Source: Felis catus (Eukaryota). From it: a DNA stretch of 64,000 nt. The notes below the pieces were generated by a model. It made no database searches and was not told the origin of the DNA. It saw nothing but the letters and a program-made list of their open reading frames with translations. The stretch covers positions 79,176,001-79,240,000 of the forward strand of contig NC_058368.1 of NCBI RefSeq assembly GCF_018350175.1, read 5' to 3'. Position numbers and translations under genes: made by a program. Within the stretch, counting starts at the first letter, position 1, and each line of letters starts with the position of its first letter. Of the stretch, positions 1-11,612 are shown in pieces.

Positions 1-269
1 GAAAACTTGTAGGGCCGGTCAGGAAGAGACAAAAGAAATAAGAGCTGTGATGGATACTAATGCTTAGGAAGAAGGCCTGCCCAAGAGCAGGCAAAGGAGA
101 GCCAGCAGGGATGCTGGAAATGACGCCGACAGGCGTGTCTGGTTATAGAAGACACAGACCCAGAGAAGCAGTCCCAGGCATCATGCAACAGGCAAGAACG
201 AAGATCACAATGAAACTGAAATCTTTAAATATGATCATGAGGAAGGCATGGCACAGCTCTGCTTCTATT

Positions 270-1120
270 ACCTGATTTTTCTCCTGGTCGTGGGCCACGT
301 GTCCTGCTTCTCCTTATGTCTAGTAATTTCAGCTGGACACTTGACATCATCCGTATCGTTCAGTGTCTGGATTCCTGCCTTCCTTTCAGAGCACTGGGCT
401 TTGTTCTGGAAACCTGCTAATTTATTTGAACATCAGCTCCCCCTTTATAATTCTTTGATGGGTTGTTTTTATGCTCTGTTAGAGTAGACCTGGGGTAAGG
501 CTAGTTTAGTCTTACTTTTGCAGTATGGCCTTTCTAGAAGCTCTACTGAATGCCCTGGATGTTCAAGCTGGATAGAAGGCAAGTGTCTCCCAGCTCTATA
601 TGAACCTCAGTCATTTTTGTTGTTGTTGTTGTTGTTGCTTATTTTGTTTTATTTTGTTTTGTTTTAGCTTGTACTCCCCTGGTAGTTATCTTTCCTTGAT
701 AGTTGTTCTTGACTTTACTGCTATTTCAGAATGTTCAGACCAAGACTCAAAGGAAATTCACAGTAGACTCTGGATTTCTTTCTCTGTGTCACCCCTTGCT
801 CTCAAGTACTCTGCCCCCCAAATTCCAAATGCGCATTCCCTGTGAAGTTACCTTTGAACCAGAAATCTCAGCCTCCCTGAGTTCTGATCTCTATCGCCTC
901 ATCTCAGTGAGGCCCCAGGCTCTGCTTGGGCCCCCCCTTCCTGGGCCATAATCCAGAAGAATAAGCCAGGCAGAAAGCCAAGGCATCGAGGGATCACCTC
1001 ATTTGTGTCTTTCCTGTTGTGGATTATGTTCCCATACTTTCTTTTGTTGATATCTGCAAACATATATTTTCTAACATTTTTCTAGCTGTCCATTGCTAGA
1101 AGGCTAGTCCAGTAGCAGCT
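270..1120 (-). mobile_element. Ancient L1 (L1M-type) 5'/ORF1-region fragment, highly decayed
   Basis: T-rich antisense L1-like text (e.g. ttctcctggtcgtgggccacgtgtcctgcttctccttatgtctagtaattt). Family assignment is from recalled resemblance only. Confidence 0.4.
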
Positions 1121-2890
1121 ACTACAGTTTGTTCTGAGTCAGAAATCTCATGAGGGCTCTCAGAAAAAGTATGTTCAGTAATAGCAGAGAAAGCAGAACT
1201 GAGTTTTCCGAGTATTGGGGCATAAATGGAAGAAAGAAATGAGTCAGTGCATATAAGAGACTAACAAAGAAGAGAAAGACAGAACCTGACTTGAGAAGAT
1301 GCATTAATCGTCCTTCCTTACTGATTGGTTATCTATAACTTAATTCAGACAGTATTCCTTAGAGTTAATGTTTGTAAGTACTTAAAATAGTGCTGGACTC
1401 ATCTCCTTTTATACAGGTTTCTGAATACAAAACACTAGAAGATCCAAGGTCAGCAATGCTTATCACAATTGTGACAAAAGCATTGTGTATTTTCTCTTTA
1501 ATGGCCCTCTCCCCACTCAGATCATAAGCTTTGTGTGGGTAGTAACTGCATCCACTTTGTTAACTCCTGTCTCTCTGCCAATTAACATGATGCCCACAAC
1601 ACTGGCCCATAACAGGAACTCAAAACTTGATGACTGGATAAGCGAAGGAGTTAACAAACCTTGTAGGATTGAGCTCCTTACTTGTAGGATCTGACTCCAT
1701 CTCCTGGGAGATAATGTCAGAAATGAGCTAACGTAGGAAGGACACCCAGTCAGTGTCGGCTGCAGAGTCGGAGAACTGACTGGCATGAAGAAAAGCTTAC
1801 TCACATCTGGTCATAGAAGTGTTCAGTATGAGCAGTACAGGAAGAGAAAAAGCACAGAAGTATTTTCCATACAACAATCTTCAAAAATAGTACCTACAGA
1901 GGGATAGAAGGAATCTGTAGGGGAGACAACCATAGAAGCCAGTCTTCCTTCAATGTGGTTCATTTTGTATATTTAACAAAAAGCCCACACAAATACTTAA
2001 ACAAAAGTCATGTCAGATAGGTGATTTTTAAAAAGCAAAAGCAAAATAAAAACAATGACCCTAACTGTTTATCAAGTTAAGGGCATATCCACATGGAGAG
2101 GAAAAATTCCAAGTAACTTTAAAGAATATTAATTATCTGTGCTTCCCTAGTGGTTTGGATGCTAAAACAGAACTGGAGGGAGATATTATATTCTTAAATA
2201 ATCAAATTGCTAGTGACTATATTGAGGTAGCCATTCTGAGACAATACTATCACACTGTGTGTGTAATGAGTAGCTAGTGTGAGATAACTCAAATGAGCAA
2301 TTATGTTGTCATTGAACATGGAGAAAGGTACAGAATTAAGGCTGTTGAGACGAATATGACTGTAGTCCTGAATGTAATGTGCTTTTATCAATCAGTATGA
2401 ACTCACATTGTATCTCATCTTTATGGATGTGTGTGTGTTTAGCTCTGACCTCTGAAAACGTCTAGTGATTCTAGGGATTAGCAACCCTAGTACCAAGACT
2501 ATGGTCTCTAAATCCTATTTCCCACTAAAAGGAACCAGGACACTTGGTGACACGACTGCTTCCAGCTTGAGGAGGAAAATGGTCAAGGTAAGTCCGCAAC
2601 ATCCAGTCATTCTGGAAAGCAGGGAGCTAGCAAAAACCACTAGAATTCAGGAACCACTTTCGAGAGACTCCCGCTAGCCAACAATGGAGAAATTTAAGGT
2701 TAATAAATACAATGAACTGAAGTACATCAAAGATGCTAATTTATGTGTTTATCATGATACTTACATCTCATAAATCATATTTAGAGCATACTAGGAAAAC
2801 AGCTCGCTGTTTTGAAAACTAGTAAATAATAAGGTATAATCAAGCACATATAATATTTTCTGTAAATTTTCTGTTAGAATTCTACCTCAG

Positions 2891-3107
2891 GGGGGCACCT
2901 GGGTGGCTCAGTGGGTTGAGCAACGACTTCAGCTCAGGTCATGATCTCACAGTTTGTGCTTTGGAGCCCCGCATCGGGCTCTGTGCTGACAGCTCGGAGC
3001 CTGGAGCCTGCTTCAGATTCTGTGTCTCCCTCTCTCTCTGACCATCCCCAACTTGTGCTCTGTCTCTCTCTCAAAAATAAATAAACATTAAAATAAATAA
3101 ATAAAAA
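2891..3107 (+). mobile_element. Can-SINE (felid SINEC)
   Basis: Head ggggcacctgggtggctcag, (CT)n tract, aataaa and A-tail. Perfect 15-bp TSD agaattctacctcag at 2876-2890 and 3108-3122. Confidence 0.97.
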
Positions 3108-3777
3108 AGAATTCTACCTCAGGGTAATTCAATAATATGTGAGGGAAAGATATTCTTTATAGGCACATTATAGACAATAAATTAAAGAGGAATGATCAAA
3201 TTAATATGTCACCATTTCACAAGCCCTAAATTATTTTTAATCTATTCTGGGCCTATTATTAATAATGGAAGCTATCTTTACAGAGAGAAGGATGGCCAGA
3301 CATCATGAACTTCTTAATAGAAACCCTTATACTGCCTATAAGGAATTTTTACATAAAAAGTAAAATAAAATAAAATAAAATAATAACTCAAATCTCATCA
3401 AATCTTCAGCTCTAGCTACCAATTTACAGAAAATACAGGACGCAAAGGAATTACGCAACAGGCACACAGCAAACTGTGAACAAACAACCAAATTCCTTCA
3501 ACAAAGAAACCATAAGGAAAACAACAGAAGCTACGTATTTATTAAAAGAGATTCGAGAGACAGGTCAGCCATTTGCAGCGAACGGACCTCTGTGAGATTC
3601 CCGAATCAAGCAAACCAGAAGAAAGGAAAAGAAGATCAGGAAAATGTCACACTGAGTGGATATTTAGTAATAGGAGTGATTGTTAATCTCGGAGTGTGAT
3701 AATGGTGTTGAGGTTACATGTGGGAGGAAGCCTTATCTTTCAGAGAGGCATTAAAATATTTATGGAAGAAATGATAT

Positions 3778-4444
3778 TGTTCCTGAAAACCATAGTCCAT
3801 GACAAAATATGCCATGAAGACAGAGTTTGGGATAAAGAGGAACAGTGGTTTTGTTGCTTTGTTGGGCAGACAATGGTTTTCAGAAAACTGTGACACCCCC
3901 CCCCGCCATACCCCCAAGGAAGGGGGTGAGGGGTTTTACAGGAAATACAGGATCCAGACGGTTTCCACAGGGGTTGTGTATGTGCTGACAGCCTCCCTGA
4001 ACATGTTTTCAGGGTGGTACCCAGTTCCTGAAACAGAAGGTTAAGAAGGGAAGAGGGGAGGTATGAGGAAGAGAGGAAACCTGTTACTTTATTTTACTTT
4101 TCTTTTATTATTTTATTTTACTTTATTTTATGTCATAAAGTTACTTTCTTTAAAATGTTTTTTAATATTTATTTTTGAGAGACAGAGAGAGACAGAGCAT
4201 GAGCACGGGAGGGACAGAGACTCAGAATCCAAAGCAGGCTCCAGGCTCCAAGCTGCCATCACAGAGCCCGACCTGGGGTTCGAACTCACAAACTATGAGA
4301 TCATGACCTGAACCAAAGTCCAACACTTAACCCACTGAGCCACACAGGTGCCCCTTATAAAGGTTACTTTAAAATCGAGCTTCACTGAAGCATTCGTGCA
4401 GCTGTTTTGATTTTTCTTCAACTTTATACTTTTAAACGGTTTCA
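3778..4444 (-). mobile_element. ERV1-class solo LTR (older), containing a SINE
   Basis: Termini tgt...tttca (TGAAA...ACA on the minus strand). 4-bp TSD atat at 3774-3777 and 4445-4448. Removing it rejoins the host L1 3' UTR (gaaatgatat|gacctgtggaatttgcttcaa). Confidence 0.75.
4148..4354 (-). mobile_element. Can-SINE
   Basis: Reverse-complement SINE ending ctgagccacacaggtgcccc. Imperfect TSD ataaag(g)ttacttt on both sides. Confidence 0.95.
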
Positions 4445-4740
4445 ATATGACCTGTGGAATTTGCTTCAAGATTCTCAGGGGGGAGGGGCACAAGGTAGGA
4501 TTATAGATGGAGCAAAACTGTCTTCAAGTGAACTTTCGAAGCTGGGTGATTAGTACATAAACTTATATTATCGTCTAATTCCTACAGGTTTGAAATTTCC
4601 ACCATAAAAAATTTAAAGTAATGTCTTTAAAAATGCTTTAGCACTGATATTAGTTTAAAGAAAAAAAGTTTTATATCTATAGAAATATAATAGATCTCTT
4701 GGTAAAAAGATAGTCAAAAGTTAACATTCTCTAAATTCCA

Positions 4741-4793
4741 GAAGGAAGGAAGGAAGGAAGGAAGGAAGGAAGGAAGGAAGGATGGAAGGAAGG
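4741..4793. repeat. (GGAA)n microsatellite, left part of a tract split by an LTR
   Basis: Direct read of gaaggaagga... Confidence 0.95.
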
Positions 4794-5272
4794 TGTTATG
4801 CCCAGAATTCGTGATCCCCAAAGACCACTAGGGAGCCGAGTCCGATGCAAAAGCAAAGAGCCTTTATTCGAGCTAGCTCGAGCTCAATCCCCTACCTGCA
4901 CCGACGCAGCGGTGAGATACCAGGGAAAGAGCGCGAGTTTCAAAAGGACAAAGGTTTTATTGGGGCCTGGGGGCAGTTGGTGAGGTAATGGCTGTGGCCT
5001 CAGCTGATTGGCTGGGGAGGGGTCCTGGGGAAGGGTCTGGCAGGTGAGGGAGGGTTTACTCAAGGGGAGGAGGTGTGGTCAAGGTGAAGGACACAGAACA
5101 AGATGGCGAGGGGAGGAGTTGTGGTCAAGGTGAAGGACACAGAACAAGATGGCGAGGGGAGGAGGTGTGGTCAAGGTGAAGGACACAGAACAAGATGGCG
5201 AGGGGAGGAGGTGTGGTCAAGGTGAAGGACACAGAACAAGATGGCGTCAGCTGGCGTAGGCCCGCCCTTTCA
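4794..5272 (-). mobile_element. Young gammaretrovirus-like (ERV1) solo LTR, 479 bp
   Basis: Minus-strand termini TGAAAG...ATAACA and 4-bp TSD aagg (4790-4793, 5273-5276). In minus-strand order: U3 repeats, CCAAT (5007-5011), TATA-like AATAAAA (~4955-4961) and polyA signal AATAAA (4863-4868). Many intact CpGs. Confidence 0.9.
5063..5246. repeat. 4 x 46-bp tandem repeat in the LTR U3
   Basis: Unit aggggaggaggtgtggtcaaggtgaaggacacagaacaagatggcg starting at 5063, 5109, 5155 and 5201. One substitution, in copy 2. Confidence 0.97.
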
Positions 5273-5774
5273 AAGGGAGGAAGGAAGGGAGGGAGGGAGG
5301 GAGGAAGGAAAGAAGGGAGGGAGGAAGGATGGATGGAAGGAAGGGAGGGAAGGAGGGAGGAAAGAAGGAAGGAAGGAAGGAAGGAAGGAAGGAAGGAAGG
5401 AAGGAAGGAAGAAAAGAAGGAAGAAAAGAAGGAAGGAAGGAAAGAAGGGAGGAAAGGAGGGAGGGAGGAAGGATGGATGGAAGGAAGAAAGGAAGGAAGG
5501 AAGGAAGGAAGGAAGGAAGGAAGGAAGGAAGAGGGAAGGGAGGGAGGGAGGAAAGAAGGAAGGGAGGGAGGAAGGAAGGAATGAAGGAAGATAGGAAGGA
5601 AGGAAGGAAGGAAGGAAGGAAGGGAGGGAGGGAGAAAAGAAGGAAGAAAAGAAGGAAGGAAGGAAAGAAGGGAGGAAAGGAGGGAGGGAGGAAGGATGGA
5701 TGGAAGGAAGGGAGGGAGGGAGGAAAGAAGGAAGGAAGGGAGGGAGGAAGGAAGGAAGGAAGGAAAAAAGAAAA
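5273..5774. repeat. ~500-bp polypurine GGAA/GGGA tract
   Basis: No C and only a few T residues. It accounts for the spurious low-complexity ORFs at 5125-5820. Confidence 0.97.
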
Positions 5775-6579
5775 CTATGGCCAATACACAAACTTTTTCA
5801 GTACTTGTACAGAGTTTTAAAAAGTGATGAAAGCAGTAAGTCTAGGTCGCTGAAAATTACTCCAAGGTAAGGTCAGTTTTAAAGTATTTTACTTACATCT
5901 TTGGTAAGATGCCTCGACAGCCATAACCGAGAAATCACATGTGGAAGAAAGTGCAACCCACCGAATAACTTGCGGAAGCTCTTTGCCTCCGGGCAGCCAC
6001 CACCAGGATTCCTAGGCCAGCCTGCCATAGGGGCTTGTGGCCTTGGGGGCTGGGCAGGTCCTACCCTTATAGCTTCAGGCCGGGAGCAGGCTCAGGGCTG
6101 AGCGGCCACTGAGGGACCACAGCTCCGGGGACAGGTTGCAGGGACAGTTCGTATTCCGACCAGCATATTTATGACATTTCCCAGTACAGGGCAGTGGTGT
6201 CTTTTTCCAGCAACATCCTTCAACATTCTCATATTCTAACAAAATCAAGACACCCTCTGATGCCTCAAGGCTGCGGGGGGGGGGGGGACCATGTACCCCC
6301 CACCAGAGGGTCCCGGGCACCAGCAAGCAGTACTGAGGTCTACCAGATGCCTTTCCCCCCCTTCTTTAAACTTGCCAAATTGTGTCACCTCTGGGCTTGG
6401 CTTTGATAGTAAGTCAAAGAGTGGGTTACCCTTGAATTTCTCAGACTTCTTCATCTCTGAGTCTTTTGGTGAGACTCTCACTGACTTTCTTCTGTCTCTC
6501 TTCACTTTCTTGGTTTTCTTTCCAATGTCAAAAGGCGCAGCCTCCTGTAAACCTTAAACCTTGAGGCTTGTTCTTGAGT

Positions 6580-7310
6580 TTGACGAACGAAACAAATTAA
6601 CTCTTTTCATCTGATTAGTCATCTTTCAGTTGCCATGGAAATATAGGTGAGTTATGCATGAGAAAGCCTGCCAGTTCTGAGGCTGAGATGTCTCTCAGGT
6701 AGGTGAGCCACCTGTGGTGAGGTGATCCACGGAACAAGTCCTTCCTCATTGCATAAATACGGGCCTGCAGACCACGTGTGAGCTGTCATTCGTGTTCCTC
6801 CGGAATGCAATTCGGAAGAAGCGCCAGGCCGCCCATCACTCCTGTTAATGTCTATTTGTGCAACGATATTGTTCGAAATAATCGACCAATTCATCAAAGG
6901 GAACAGCAGACTTGGGGAGGGGCGGGAGGTGGGAAGAAGGTGCTTTTTTCGGTGCTAATGAAGGAAATGACATTTCTGTTTACCATTTGTCAGCTTTAAA
7001 TAGTCCATAAATGTTTGTAATGACTTCCAAATTTTGAGATGATTTTTTAGATTTTTTTTTTTAAGATTTTTAAGATTTATGGAGAGGGTGTTTCTTCCAT
7101 AAACATTCAGGTTTGATAACGATCAGGAGAATGATTCATTATCTCAGAAGTTACATGCATGACCAGTGGCATGCCTCTCATTGGTTGCAATTTTCTAAAT
7201 GTAAAGAATGCCTATTTCTTTGATAATCACCTCAAATACATTAATAATTACTGTGAAGCTTTTCAGCACAGCAGGTTGGTAATAACCTGTGAGTGTAGAA
7301 TAGTATGATC
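6580..7310. promoter_or_regulatory. Candidate conserved non-coding element / enhancer
   Basis: Repeat-free block with an X-box-like gttgccatggaaat (6629-6642), TCF/LEF atcaaag (6893-6899) and several TAAT cores. Conservation not tested. Confidence 0.35.
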
Positions 7311-8435
7311 TCTATATTCAAGGTTGGTTTTTTTTTTCTTTTTCATTCTCGAAGCAGATACAACAAAACCCAGAATTATCCTCCTGCTTCCAGCCACCCT
7401 CCCCAGAGTCCTCCGGATAACAGCTAGCAGGGTCAGACAGGCCCTCCTCCCATCAGCTCCCCAAAGCAAGCACCCCCCCCCCACCAGCCACCCTGAAGGC
7501 CAGCTGGAATCTGGAATGCAAAGAATGTGTTTGCATTATCAAAGAACTCTGCTTTACCAAAGGGTCCCTGCTGGAATTTCATCCTAGTGACTTTACGGAA
7601 GGCATCTAATTACTCATTAGTTAGTTCCCACAATCTCTTTAAGAACTTGTTTATGTTAACGGAGAGGGTGGGGAGTCTAGCCTGAGGAATCTCTGACAAT
7701 TGAACCTCCAAACTAAGATAAACATGTCTGACGTGACCACAGTGTTCCCGAACACTTGAGCTGGAGGGAATCAAGAGATCATCAGGGCCTTTCTGACTTT
7801 CCACAGGAGCACATCGGAAAGGTCGCCCCAAAGTCACTCTGGGAAATTTGCCTGCCTGTGATCCCATTCACGGCTCCAGGCACTGGCTCCTCCTTAGACG
7901 GTGCCTAATGAATGCTTGTTGAATTGAATGAATTCACCTCGGGTGTCTATTCCTTCCAGTCAGACATCTGGTTCTGGAAAAACAGAGGCCTGCACTTCAG
8001 CCCTGCGATGCCGTTAAGACGTGTCCTCCTCTGCTGTGGCGGGAGGTGGCTGTGGCCATAGCACAACCGTGACCCACGCGGAGTGAGAGACGGAAACACA
8101 CCACCCACCCGTCGTGGGCAGGAGGCACCCCGGAGCCCCTGTTCTCAGGGACCCCGCAAGGGAATACCCGAGCAGGAGAGGCTCCCCGGCTCACGTGAGC
8201 AGCCTTGCTTTCCTGGCCACAGATTCGCGCGTGGGGCCTAAAAGCCCTTCAGTAAGATAGGTGCCCAAACTAACGACGCTTCCGTACCTCTTCTGACCGT
8301 GGGATGCCAGCCAGGCCGCACGTACGGAACAGTCGTTCGTTTGGACGCAAGGAGGCCTGCCTGCACACTTACTGGTTTCACCGCAAGAGGAGGAAGCCGT
8401 GTTGTCTTGGGAACGGGATGAGAGGAGAGGGGTTT

Positions 8436-8600
8436 GGGACCTGGGAATTTTATTCCGGCTCAGATGCTAATTCTCCCGTGACCTCCGCCAAGCCCTATAA
8501 ATTGTTACTATCTGCAAAGTGGCGATAATGGACAGGCCCTTCCCTCCCCCAGGAGAGTCCCCGGGATTAATTAGGCAGCTCATTTGAGATTCTGAGTGCT
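8436..8600 (+). mobile_element. MIR-family SINE fragment
   Basis: Degenerate MIR core (gtgacctccgccaagcc...atctgcaaagtggcgataatg). Confidence 0.5.
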
Positions 8601-9094
8601 GTGAGCCCACTGGAAGAGTGACTGGAGAACAAAGGGGGGCTCACACTTCATTGTAGCAGGCCGGGACCACACCAAAGACCCTCGCGGGAATCCATTTGCT
8701 GGCACACCAGCATTTGTTAATTAACCGGTATTAGGAAGTCATTTTGGCTCCCGGGGGTTAATGGAAAGATTGAACTTGCTCAAATCGGCCTAGAGAGGAG
8801 TAAGTCGAGGGCTCCTTTGTTCCGAAGGAGGGCTGGGCTCCCGAAGCGCCAGCCTAACTCTCGGGGGGCCCTTTCTGGCGCCTTTTGGAAACCGGAAGCA
8901 AGGAGTTTGGAGCTTGCATCATCTCTTTTGCAACGGAACATGAAATCTTCCAATTCTTGCTATGTCAGACACAAAAATTCTTTAAAAAACATAATCAAAA
9001 AGGAAGAGGACAAGTTAATCCGCGCTCCTTCGGTAATCTTTTCGTGGAAAGGTTCCGTCTGGTACTCAAGCCGTGGTGGACGGTGAGCCCTCAG

Positions 9095-9095
<1 letters not shown>

Positions 9096-9135
<40 letters not shown>

Positions 9136-9200
9136 TGTGCACTCGTTCACACGCACACCCACATGCTCACATCCTCACACACACTAACTCACACTCAGAC
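9096..9200. repeat. (CA)n microsatellite with degenerate extension
   Basis: Perfect CA run at 9096-9130, followed by CA-rich decay. Confidence 0.95.
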
Positions 9201-10519
9201 GCACTCAAATAAGGAGTCTCACAGGAAACCAAAAGAACAAGGCGCTGGGAGCATCCTAGAGGAGTCCTGGGCCGGCCAGGGAAGGGACAGCTGTGAAAGG
9301 GCACAGGGCAGAATGAAGCAGATCTCCTGGAATTTTCAAAGCACAGCCAGCTTTGCAAGAGAAGCCCAGAGGAATACAAACCAGTTGGGAAAGTTATGGA
9401 TGGAAATGAGACGTCTGTCTTTTTATCGAAGGCAGGTATCTTTGGAGGGTGGATTTCTCCGTGGTGACCAAGGGGATGAAGGTCCAGAGCACGGCACCCC
9501 TGGGCAGGCTCCCACCTCCCTCCCCAGGGGAGCCCAGAGTGGGAAGGTGGTCAGATGCACTTAAAGTCCAGACCAGTGTCTACGGAACAGCCTGTTTGAA
9601 CGGTGCTCAGTACAGACAGGGGTGTGAGAAGCATATTCCTGGCATGGCTCACCCTGAGAGAGCCCTGCAGTCCAGCATGCCCCTTCCTAGGAAAGGAAGG
9701 ACCACATGGCCAGAGGAAGGCAAGGGCAAGCCATCCCTGAAGCCGGGCTGGAGAATACATGGGGAGAAGCCCAGTCCAGAACGGAAGTGTGACCTTTTCT
9801 ACCCATTTATCCAGCGACTCTGGTCCCAGAAGGCAGCTCCTTGTAGATGTGCATTATTCCACCGTCCCCACGGGGAAGACACACACTGCGGTAAGGATGG
9901 ACAGCTCTCTGGAGGCCTAGGCCCCGGTCCTGACACTACCGTCTCCAGGGGGAACGTTCTCTGTCCACACCGGAGAGCTCTCCCGAGAGAAAAGTCTCAC
10001 TTTTCAGGACTACTACCACCGGCAGTAAGAACACAGAGCTGGGGGTTGCTTGGCTTTCTCTCTCTCATCCTGGAATTTTCCAGTCTTGGGCTGCCAAAGC
10101 CTGTCAGGGGTTGGGGGCGAGGAGGGAGGTGCACCTGCCTGTTTAGGGTAAAGGAGGCCTTGCCAGACCAGCCCACAGGAAGCCCCCCCCTCCCCGCAGA
10201 GATTCCTGAGGGAGGGTTGACTTTCCAAGAGAGGATCTGAAGCCACATTTCAGTGTTCCCTCCCTCCTTCCAGCCTAGCCAGACCAGAGAATACAGATTT
10301 GAAGATTTACACAACAACAACAAAACTCTCGAGGAAGCTGCGTCGAATGGGTCAGCGTGTGGGGTGCAGATGCGAACACAAGAGTCCTCTGCGCTTTGAC
10401 AGCGGCCAGGCCCTCCCAGGGTCTCTGGATCCTATCCCCCCGGCCTTCTCTTTTCTGCTCTCTAGCCTCCTTCCACGTCTTCCCTTTTCTCCCTGGCCGG
10501 TTGCAGACCAGCAACAATG

Positions 10520-11000
10520 GGAAAAGGGAAACAGAATCCTCCCACATCCAAGCAGCGGCAAGTCCCTGACTTGATACCCATTTCAAATATGGCCCTGAGG
10601 CTACTGAAGGAGTTTGAAGCAGGATGGTCATTCTGACTGCCTCCCCCCTCCACCGCCCGGCCCTGAGACAGGGGCAGAACTTCCCCGGAAGGTGGTCTTC
10701 CTGTTCCCAGAGGGAAGGCACGTCCTTATCTTGGAAGACACAAGGGCTGCAGAAGAATTGGAACAAGCAGGCTGTGCTGTTTGCACCTGCCCCTCCTGCC
10801 CTGGGCCTGTCCTGTTTCTCCGGGACCGCCTGCCCCTCATCTGACCCAGCTAAGCACTCCCTCCGCTGCCTCACCTCCTCCTTCCCCCAGGAAGGCCCCC
10901 TTTACTTAATATGAAATAAGTGTGTGTGCTTTTCCGGTGAGTCTGTCTTTGTCAGCCAGGCCCCCAACAGGGTCGAGGAAAACATTGCCATGTCCTGCTC
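10520..11000 (+). mobile_element. MER39/MER34-like ERV1 LTR, decayed
   Basis: ggaaggcacgtccttatcttggaagacacaaggg...gaagaattggaacaagcaggc and the 3' end gagtctgtctttgtcag...agggtcgaggaaaac resemble recalled MER39-group LTRs. Confidence 0.55.
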
Positions 11001-11008
11001 TAGACACT

Positions 11009-11130
11009 GGACACTGTCCCCTCCTGTGTACGTGCTGCTAGACTCTGTCCCCTCCCGTGTATGCGTTGCTGGACGCTGTCCCCTCCGTGTGGTGCTGTCG
11101 GGCGCTGTCCCCTCCCCTATGCGCACACTG
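11009..11130. repeat. Degenerate ~30-bp tandem repeat, 4 copies
   Basis: Core ctgtcccctcc recurs four times at ~30-bp spacing. Confidence 0.85.
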
Positions 11131-11394
11131 GAGAAAACTCTGTTCCAGCTCTCCAGGTTCCACTCTGTGAGTAAGGAAAATCTGAGAGCCACTTTTCATA
11201 AAGACCTGTAAAAACGAAAAACGTTGCCCACGAATAAGGATTTCTCAGGTCCAAAAGTGTTTGAGCAGGTGACTTGGAGCCCAAATGGCCCGGGCCCAGT
11301 GCCCAAGACTCCCTAAGTGCGCCCCCAAAAGCTCTGAGTCATGTGCACACCAGTTTGTTCATCTCTAAACTTGCATTGACATCAGTACCTCCTT

Positions 11395-11612
11395 TTTTTT
11401 TTAAGTTTACTTATTTATTTATTTTGGGGAGGGGAGCAGAGCATGAGCAGGGGCGGGGCAGAGAGAAAGAGAGAGAGAATCCCAAGCAGGATCTGTGTGT
11501 CAGCACAGAGCCTGACGTGGGGCTCGAACTCACGAACCTTGAGATCACGATCTGAGCTGAAATCGAGAGTCGGACACTTCACCAACGTAGCCGCTACCGA
11601 GGTGCCGGGGAG
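11395..11612 (-). mobile_element. Can-SINE (older subfamily)
   Basis: Antisense SINE body. Perfect 17-bp TSD gacatcagtacctcctt at 11378-11394 and 11613-11629. Confidence 0.95.

Larger units (their letters stand above)
1870..4616 (+). mobile_element. Old L1MC4-like 3' UTR, interrupted by a SINE and an LTR
   Basis: Diagnostic-looking segments: ggtctctaaatcctatttcccactaaaaggaaccagg (~2500-2540), tgtgataatggtg...aaaatatttatggaagaaatgatat (~3695-3777), resuming as gacctgtggaatttgcttcaa (4449) and ending tttgaaatttccaccataaaaaatttaaa. Confidence 0.65.

Noticed and set aside
2891..3107. tRNA-like A/B boxes in SINE heads as tRNA genes
   Set aside because: Can-SINEs are tRNA-derived. They carry CT tracts, A tails and TSDs, and no full cloverleaf.
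5063..5246. Regular direct repeats resembling a CRISPR array
   Set aside because: Head-to-tail units with no unique spacers, inside a mammalian ERV LTR.
5125..5820. Overlapping 117-219 aa ORFs (LPSF / GRKE repeats)
   Set aside because: Translations of the GGAA microsatellite, not genes.
9449..10240. 263-aa ORF, the longest non-L1 ORF
   Set aside because: Non-ATG start, no recognisable domain, composition typical of GC-rich non-coding DNA, and no convincing splice context.
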